NCBI RefSeq assembly: GCF_964204645.1 | Contig: NC_134032.1 | Span: 10,404,275 to 10,468,274, forward strand | Direction: 5' to 3' | Origin: Tubulanus polymorphus | Lineage: Eukaryota > Animalia > Nemertea | Length of the DNA stretch: 64,000 nucleotides | Part shown: positions 56,301 through 64,000 of the stretch, in pieces | Numbering within the stretch: the first letter of the stretch is position 1 | Layout: each line of letters begins with the position of its first letter | Translations under genes and position numbers: made by a program | The notes under the pieces: model-generated | Databases searched by the model: none | What the model was told of the DNA's origin: nothing | What the model saw: the letters and a program-made list of their open reading frames with translations, nothing else

Positions 56301-58672
56301 GTTCGTATCAGTTGAAAGAACAGACAATTTCCTTTTCGCCTAATCGATCTTTCTCTCCGTTTTTTTTCTTCGCAGACGAGAGCCCGAAAAGCGGTCGAAA
56401 GAAGCAGAAAGAATATTTCAAAGAGGAACTGAGACGTCTGCAAGAGGGACTGAAAAGAGAATCGTCGAAGATTAAGCCGCCGCCCGTGTAAGTAGGCCCG
56501 CAATGTCGGAACTGAGTTTACATTCTGTTTTACATAGAATACAAAATAAGCATACGTCATAACACAAATATCGACGACGTCATCAGAAATTGTTTACATT
56601 TCTATTTATAGACGTGAACACTTCCCGAATGTTTACACAGATCTACAGCCGTATTACAATACATATACAGTGAAATATTTAATTGACGAGGTATGCACTA
56701 GAGGGCGTTCATGTTCGATGGATTTGCTGGCATTAAACTTCTTAAGTAATTAAAAATACACAGGCCTGTTTTGGATTATAACAGTAGTATCACATGATTG
56801 GTATTGTTCATGTTGTTTGTGCGATTCATGATTTAATTTCCATCATATATCCTGCTCAAAATAGAAAATTAGTCCTGTTTTTTTAATTGAACTGTTTCAT
56901 TTTGTATCCCTTACAAACCAGACCCTGGTTAAAGCGATAAACTATCCCAATTTATCCTAATCTATCTTATATGTTATAAATAAACAGCATTTATCTTCTA
57001 TCTTATCCTTTCAATACAAAATTGATGGAATGTCATTGTTCTTAATTTGTGTTATTTTTTTAGGAAGAAGAGCCGATGACGCAACGGGTAAGTCGGGATT
57101 AAGAGATTGAGAAAGCCGACCACGAAACGTGTGGCTAATGGACTATCTATAGGTTAATATTGAAACGATTCTGAATTTCAGGATGAATCGGCAGTAAGCG
57201 GCGGCTCGACCTACAGGACTAGACCGACCGCTACCGGGTTGGTTGACCCGTGGATGGATCTGGACATGGACCGTGGGCTCTTACCGAAAATCGAACACAA
57301 AGATTCGGCGACTCCCAGAGAAAAGAAAAAGTAAGAAATCACCAACTATTTTTCAATTCTCATCTCTTGCACTTATTATCACCATGGTACTCCATGACGA
57401 CGAATTCTGTACACGCGATTTGCGGCAATATTACGTCATTGAATACTTCATCTGAAATCGAATGACGTCATAGTGGGTTTGCTAGTTTATGCTAAGCTAT
57501 ATTAAATTCACGTCACAGAGAAAAATGTTCCCAGATTTTGAAAGTTTCTATCTGTCGAGTTTACATCATCGATTTCGGCACCTCATTTTCCAGGAAACGC
57601 TCAAGCGAAAAACGGCCTCCGAAAGAGGGCAGCACACGTCTTCCAAAATTCCCATCGGTTAAAGTGGAAGGGCAAGATCTGGCGCGTGAGCTCACTTATA
57701 AAGATGTTCCGTCTTTAAGGTAGGATTACACTGGCGGCATTAGTGTATCCTCAACCATCCCCTTCTGGCAATCGACAGACTACCGCCATCCTTGAAATCC
57801 TGACCACCAAGACTTCACCAAGTCTCTTCTCTGAAACGAACCAAGCCTATTATATTTAAAAGTGAATGATGTTTTGTTTTACCAGATCCCATTGGTATTT
57901 ACAGACGCAATCGGGAGGGGGGGGGGGTATTCCAGGTTGCCGATTGCCTAGGGTGGATCTAGGCTGTAGATTAAGGCATTTTTGAGGCTCTAGATTATCT
58001 GATGGGGTTGGGTGGTTCCAGACTTCGAATTATCTAAGAGTGGTAATAGGCTGGGGCCAGTTCCACAGTCGAGACTTAAGTTCAAAAGTGGGCTTAAGTC
58101 TTAAGATTGGTATTTAGTTGTTAGATTGGCTATAGAACTAACATGGTCTTAGACTGAGCTTAAGTATAAGCCATGACTATGGACCGGCCCCTGTAGATTT
58201 AGGGGTGTTTTAGGCTGTATATTGTCTGATGGGGATAGGATACTTTCGGGCTGCAGATTGTCATAAGAGATGGGTTTAGGCTACAATCATATATATAACA
58301 GCAACATTTTGAATCTATTTTCACTTCAACATCTTTATTTACAGGGAAGATTTGAAGCGGTCATATAGTTTGAACGCGCAGCGCAAAATCGACGAAGATT
58401 ACACGAGAACGAAGCAGGATTTCTATCGCATGCAACTCGACCGAATGGAAGAGGTTCACCCGAGAAGTCGACCGCACATGCGCTCCGTATATTTCGCCTA
58501 TTTGCAGAATACGCCCGGTTCTAAGAAAGCCCTGTACGAATGCGTCGGCCAACTGGAAAAACACCAAGATCAAGAAAACGAAAACAACAATCATAAAGAA
58601 CAACCTCAAGAGCAGCAGGAGCAACAGCAACAAGAAAAACAATTTCAAATGGAAGTTCAAATACAAGCTTGA
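44390..58672 (+). CDS. Uncharacterised protein, isoform A (~563 aa): charged 27-aa-repeat N-terminus plus shared C-terminal region
   Basis: Exons 44390-44413 and 47224-48073, then shared exons 56376-56487, 56612-56690, 57064-57087, 57182-57330, 57594-57719, 58345-58672. GT-AG introns and a continuous frame (1692 nt). Confidence 0.7.
46020..46270 (+). mobile_element. Degenerate tRNA-derived SINE (Nin/Deu-domain-like)
   Basis: B-box-like gggttcaaacc, core caggagtaaatgggtagc and cagggag, and 3' end gggcgctttagaaatc..tattac. Confidence 0.5.
47458..47945 (+). repeat. Coding tandem repeat, 81 bp / 27 aa, ~6 copies (NQENNQEETSDRQKKKKTVSVTIGGSG)
   Basis: Unit starts at 47458, 47539, 47620, 47701, 47782 and 47863. 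Confidence 0.93.
49296..55809 (+). CDS. 6.5-kb coding exon (acidic, low-complexity, basic C-terminal part); splices to 56376 to give isoform B (~2443 aa)
   Basis: 2194-codon ORF with a phase-1 donor AAG|GTAAAG at 55809 that matches the phase-1 acceptor at 56376. Confidence 0.78.
58051..58193. mobile_element. MITE, PIF/Harbinger-like, family 1 (intronic)
   Basis: TIR gggccagttccacagtc...gactatggaccggccc with CTG target duplication. A neighbouring empty repeat unit reads aggCTGtagatt. Confidence 0.87.
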
Positions 58673-59629
58673 ATTAACCGATCAAATCCTTACAAACCCA
58701 CAACCCAATCACACACAGCGTATCATTCTTTGGTTTGCATTATGTAGATTTTCTCACATCGACCAACCAAATCCATCGATAGATGTAAGATCATTTTTGA
58801 CTAGCCTATTTGAATATGCAAATGACGATTCGGGTATTATCACCCGATCAAATTCTAGATTACACTACGTTACACGTTTACTAGAAAATACTTGGTTTTG
58901 AATTTGCAATAAATTTGAATATGAAATAAATTTGAATATGCAAATGAGGTACTGGACCGCTGACGAATATATTTCAGATCATGTTCAAACGTAAATGCGT
59001 TATAAATGTGGTATAACTTGTCGTTACGTTTAATCTTTCTTCACTTTTAAGGAAATAATCTTCTTTTGTACAGTCTTCAGTCCATTTTCACGAATTCACG
59101 AATTTATGATTCATACCTATAGTTAATGGAAATAAACATTACCACGTACGTATTGTATTCTTCAATTTAACTTTGTTCCATTCTCGATGTTTCACAAACA
59201 CTGGTAACTGATTAGCGCTTGATAATCTCAATTTTCTGCTGTTGTCGACTATACTTTTGTCTTAAATTTATTCGTTATTAACTGCATGTACTATATATTA
59301 TTTGAAGCAAATAATCTTAGGTTTTTGAAAAAAATCTGATTCCAGCGTCGAAGAAGCAATTTCTGTGATCTGTAAAAGTCTTGTTGTAAGATGTAAATAA
59401 TAAAACAGAGTGTCTATATTACTATACTTGAATCTATTTGTTTGTCTATCATTTATGGTAATCTGGCTGTGACACGGTTTATGAATTTATAGGATGTCTT
59501 GGGGTTAAATACATGCATTTACTTCCCCCCCCCCCCGGCCCAAGATGAATAGTTGATAGTCGTATTTTCGCGAATAAGATATTTCCAATTTTTAGGGTTC
59601 GAACACGATGCGATGATACGCCACGAAAG

Positions 59630-60607
59630 CTAACGTGCATATCGTGAAGTTTTGTTGTCACGAATTCCACTAATTCTTATCAAACGAACCAAAGTGTTTT
59701 TGAATTTTTCGTTCGCGATTGTAAAAACAATGAAATTCACGCATGAATTTAAAAGTGACGTAACCCCGTAAATTTCATTTAACACATCCTTGTAAAGTGT
59801 TAATCCGCCGATCTTACTGATGAATCCGGGCAGTTCAAGAACTGTGAATACGATACTCATTGTCAGCACCATTTTAGTGGCTTTCGTTTGATTTTCAGAC
59901 GATGGAATCTTCGTTGCTGACAGAGTTTTGCGTTGCTTACTTTTGACGCGTAAGACAACAATGAGAGCTATGTTCGCTGCCAGAACTAAGATGTTTGAAA
60001 TGAAAACACGGATGATTGGATCGACGTACCTATTCATGATAGTGTAAATCCGTTTATAAAAAAGCAAAGATGTGTAATGATCAGATCGAAACTCTTTATA
60101 TTCCCTTAACAATTTCGCCCTCATCGTAATCGGGTAGTAAGCGCTTATAGATAATGAGAGTATACCCGTAATGATGATAAGTGGCTTCAAGCTACGTTTT
60201 ACGCGGAGCGGAAAAATGATAGTTACCAATCTTTCACATTGAATTATGACGATCAAATAGTTTCGAAACATCAAAAATCCTTTAAAAAACATACTTCCCC
60301 ATATGCTTATGTACACCGGGGAAATTCGGTAATTAGGAAATTTCTTGATAGATTCGCCATACCACGCGTAGTGAATGTAATAACGAACTGAGAACGTGAT
60401 AAACGTTGCCAGCAAAAACATGATGTCGACGAGTGCGAGGCATTTCAGTAAATCGAAGCAGCGGTTTTTTGTTTTCTGTTTGTGAAATACGACGATAACC
60501 ATCGCGTTGAATATAACGCCAACTATGACTAGCGGAGGTACGATGTACGCGTAGCTAATCCAAGCGTACACCCTAACTGAATCGTAAACATATACACGTT
60601 TTTTCAT
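59630..60607 (-). CDS. Intronless class-A GPCR, chemoreceptor-like tandem copy 1
   Basis: 325 aa, 7 TM, LALVD, QCERL, LELP and NFIVF. Confidence 0.88.
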   Translation of the reverse strand: MKKRVYVYDSVRVYAWISYAYIVPPLVIVGVIFNAMVIVVFHKQKTKNRCFDLLKCLALVDIMFLLATFITFSVRYYIHYAWYGESIKKFPNYRISPVYISIWGSMFFKGFLMFRNYLIVIIQCERLVTIIFPLRVKRSLKPLIIITGILSLSISAYYPITMRAKLLREYKEFRSDHYTSLLFYKRIYTIMNRYVDPIIRVFISNILVLAANIALIVVLRVKSKQRKTLSATKIPSSENQTKATKMVLTMSIVFTVLELPGFISKIGGLTLYKDVLNEIYGVTSLLNSCVNFIVFTIANEKFKNTLVRLIRISGIRDNKTSRYAR

Positions 60608-61434
60608 CTTTTCGAAAAACCTGATTCGTCTGCTTTACGTAAGCCTTGGACGCGCCTATACCTGCTGAAACACCTAAACCCATGCGTAAATTCTTAACGG
60701 ACAATACACACAGCATGTAATGTACAGACTACGACTAATTCTGTCGCATCGGGAAGCAAATTACCTAATGTGTATGTCAAATGAACTAGATTTGAATACG
60801 CATCTGACGTACATTCAAAGCTTTTAGGACGAGAAAGAAAATGGACGTGAACACGGTTTTCACAAAATGTGAAAAGCCTATCGTTAGTTAAAATGTAAAT
60901 CAGCAGTTCACCACTATAGTGATCCACGACGCTCTACGATCCTAGTATGACAACTATATATGCTGACAATTTCTAATGATTTCCCCCAAATTCTCCGATC
61001 CACAAATTCTTCGAGATTATTTCTTACAATTCAATCTTGCTATCGACGATTTTTAGTTATCATCCTACCTAAATTCATATATATTCAATCAATTAAATTT
61101 AAATCGGAGCAAAAGACTTTTTAAACCGGATTCCCGACGTCGAAAGAAAAATCATTTTTCTCTGATCTGAAAAACTTGTTTCATCAAAATATACTCGTTA
61201 CATAACTATGAAAATAATTAGCTTATCATTTGTGGTAACTGTTTGGCTGTGACCCGGTTTATAAACATATTATATAGTATGTCTAGGGAGTCAATCGTTA
61301 GTCGAAAATATCTATTAGATAATCGATAACCAGTTAGCAATTAATCTTAGGCGAAAACGAATTTCCATCTTAATTTAGGATTCGAACAGCATACGATGAT
61401 ACGTCACAAACTACCGTTCATATCGTCTGATATA

Positions 61435-62367
61435 TCAGGTCATTTTCAATAAATGAAACAGCGTATTTCTGTATTGTTTATTCACGATTACATAAAGAAT
61501 GAAATTCACGCATGAGTTGAGGATCGATGTCCATCCGTAAATGTCGTTAGATACTCTATTGAAAGATGTACTTCCTCCGATCTTACCGAGGAAACCCGGA
61601 AGTTCTAATACGGCGAATACGATACTCATTGAAAGCGCCATTTTAGTGGCTTTCGTTTGATTTTGAGACGACGAAATCTTGGTCGCTGACAGAGTCTTAC
61701 TTTTGACGCATAATACAATAATGAGAGCAATGTTTGCCGCGAAAACAACGATATTTGAAATAATAACACGGATAATCGGATCGATGAAATTGTTCATTAA
61801 ATTATAAATTCGTTTATAAGGAGTGAAAGTAATGTAATGAACAAATCGAAACTCTTTGTATCTGCGCGACAACCTTGGTCTCATTGAAATCGGGTAATAG
61901 GCACCTATAGACACTGATAATAAACCCGTAATGATGACAAGTGGCTTCAAGCTACGTTTCAGATGAAGCGGATAAGTGATAGTAACCAATCTTTCACATT
62001 GAATTATGACGGTCAAATAATTACGAAACAACAGAAATCCTTTGTAAAACATGCTACCCCATATGTTCAAGTACACCGGTGAAATTCGGTAATTAGGAAA
62101 TTTCATGATTGATTCGCCATACCACGCGTAGTGGATGTAATAACGGACGGGAAACGTGATAAACATTGTTAGCAAAAACATAATGTCGACGAGTGCGAGG
62201 CATTTCAGTAAATCGAAGCAGCGGTTTTTAGTTTTCAGTTTGTGAAATACAATGATAACCATCACATTGAATATAACACCGACTAGGACTATCGTAGGTA
62301 CGATGTATGCTATGCCAATCCACACCAAAGAATACGTACTCAATCTCGGGTTGTTAGTTTTATTCAT
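61435..62367 (-). CDS. Intronless class-A GPCR, tandem copy 2 (first ATG at 62367)
   Basis: Close paralogue of copy 1 with a 3-aa deletion in ICL3. Flanks are also duplicated. Confidence 0.88.
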   Translation of the reverse strand: MNKTNNPRLSTYSLVWIGIAYIVPTIVLVGVIFNVMVIIVFHKLKTKNRCFDLLKCLALVDIMFLLTMFITFPVRYYIHYAWYGESIMKFPNYRISPVYLNIWGSMFYKGFLLFRNYLTVIIQCERLVTITYPLHLKRSLKPLVIITGLLSVSIGAYYPISMRPRLSRRYKEFRFVHYITFTPYKRIYNLMNNFIDPIIRVIISNIVVFAANIALIIVLCVKSKTLSATKISSSQNQTKATKMALSMSIVFAVLELPGFLGKIGGSTSFNRVSNDIYGWTSILNSCVNFILYVIVNKQYRNTLFHLLKMT

Positions 62368-62819
62368 TTTTGTTTTCAAAGTATCCGATTCATCTGCAGC
62401 TATCTAAACCAGGGAGCACCTACCAACTGAAACCGAATTTCATAACTGAAACGGTTCGTAGATTCTCATATCCCACAAAACACAGAGCTTAATTCGTGCA
62501 TAAAGTCACTATATTTGAGTCGGAGTCAGAGACACTTTATTCAATGTGAACGTCGAATATGATAAACAGTATGCAAACTACCTGATGAACATTCAAGGCT
62601 TTTATGACGAGAACGAAAATATGACACAGAGCAGTTAGATTGCTACAGAAAAACTTCGCGCATGCAGAAATTATAGCTTGCAATACAGAGCAGCTGATTA
62701 TAGTGATACATTTACACATAGAAATATGTACAAGTTTTATTCAGGTCGAAAAAAGTGTGATTCAAACGCTTCATGTTAGTCAGTATATATACACTGCGGC
62801 AGAAACGTAGCTGCATTAA

Positions 62820-63068
62820 TTAAATGCCTCCCTCTTCCAAAACTTCAATATCCGTCGTCTGCGAAACTGCGTTATCAATGCCGATGACGTCATCATTTTT
62901 TGTGCCGACTGGTCGGAAACAGCAAGGAGGCATGGTGAAGCATTCCCTCATTCCCGCACCCGGGCAACAGCAAATACTGCATCTATCCTCACACATATAA
63001 TAGGCCTTGTCCCCGGAGTCGACCTTGGAAAAAATTGCTTGATAAAAATTTTTCAACATGAATGGCAC
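62820..63068 (-). CDS. Possible small cysteine-rich protein (82 aa)
   Basis: ATG-initiated ORF, GC-richer than its flanks, with CEDRCSICCCPG...CFTMPPCC. AATAAA lies ~80 nt downstream. No recognised homology. Confidence 0.3.
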   Translation of the reverse strand: MPFMLKNFYQAIFSKVDSGDKAYYMCEDRCSICCCPGAGMRECFTMPPCCFRPVGTKNDDVIGIDNAVSQTTDIEVLEEGGI

Positions 63069-63627
63069 AACGTATTGAATGATTCATAAACCACTGAAAC
63101 ATATTCAAAATGGACGGCGCGGTAACGTATTGAATAAATTAACCACTAAAACACGTACAAAATGGGTGATGAAATATTCAAATAGTACGTGAAAAACTAC
63201 TGGTATATTCAAAAAAGCATGACAATACTACTAAACGTATCCATTTAAACTGATTGACGAATTGCAAATTCTGCCACGAGAAACTTCTTGAATTTAGAAA
63301 TTACGGTGCGCAATGGCGAAAGGCTTATGATGTATTGCCATGTAAGTTATAAGAAGTTTGAAATAATATATAACATAAAATCCATTCCCTTCCACAACAA
63401 TGCATTGAAAACATTTATATATCATTGAATATTTGATTTCATTACTTTTCGATAGTAGTCAAAAGCAGGTCTAACATAACTTTAATTAAGGTTTGCCTAA
63501 TTGGGCCCCTTAAAAACGACGAAACAACCAATGGACGCGCAGGTAAGGTGCAGGGGATGTATTTTCAACTTTTAGCATTCGAACCCGATACGTCACTAGC
63601 TATTATTATTCAAATCCTTGGTAATCT

Positions 63628-64000
63628 TCAACAAATAAATAAATGAAACAGCGTATTTCTGAATTGTCTACTTACGATTACATAAAGTATACAAATCACG
63701 CATGAATTGAAGAAAGATGTCCAAGTGTAAATTTGATTGAATACAATATTAAAAGATGCACTTCCTCCGAATTTAGCGAGGAAACCTGGGAATTCTAAAA
63801 CGGCGAATACAATACATATTGTAAGCACCATTTTAGTGGCTTTCGTTTGATTTTGAGACGGTGAAATCTTGGTCGATGAAAGAGTTTTGCGTTGCTTACT
63901 TTTGACACATAAGACAATAATGAGAGCAATGTTTGCCGCGAAAACAAAGGTATTTGAAATGATAACACGGATGATCGGGTCGATGTACTTGTTCATTAAA
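63628..64000 (-). CDS. Class-A GPCR tandem copy 3, TM5-TM7 only (5' part lies beyond the window)
   Basis: Close match to the 3' part of copy 2. Confidence 0.85.
   Translation of the reverse strand, partial: LMNKYIDPIIRVIISNTFVFAANIALIIVLCVKSKQRKTLSSTKISPSQNQTKATKMVLTICIVFAVLEFPGFLAKFGGSASFNIVFNQIYTWTSFFNSCVICILYVIVSRQFRNTLFHLFIC

Overview
AT-rich, intron-containing animal DNA, probably from a lophotrochozoan-type invertebrate (taxon is an inference). There is no prokaryotic signal. From left to right the window holds: (1) 1-22 kb, a segmentally duplicated array of six single-coding-exon genes for a small four-transmembrane protein family I cannot assign, interleaved with two intronless class-A GPCRs and one GPCR pseudogene; (2) 24.8-32.4 kb, an 11-coding-exon gene for a secreted laccase-type multicopper oxidase with two N-terminal fibronectin type II (FN2) domains that the ORF track misses; (3) a 5-exon tetraspanin on the minus strand; (4) a three-finger odd-skipped-related zinc-finger gene; (5) 44-58.7 kb, a gene whose shared 3' exons can be joined in frame to three different 5' ends, one being a 6.5-kb exon; (6) three tandem intronless chemoreceptor-like GPCRs, the last truncated by the window edge. 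Harbinger-like MITEs with CWG target duplications, LINE 3' fragments, a SINE and a dispersed satellite-like repeat are scattered throughout. All exon models were built by hand from GT/AG sites and reading-frame continuity and need RNA-seq confirmation. No database searches were run.
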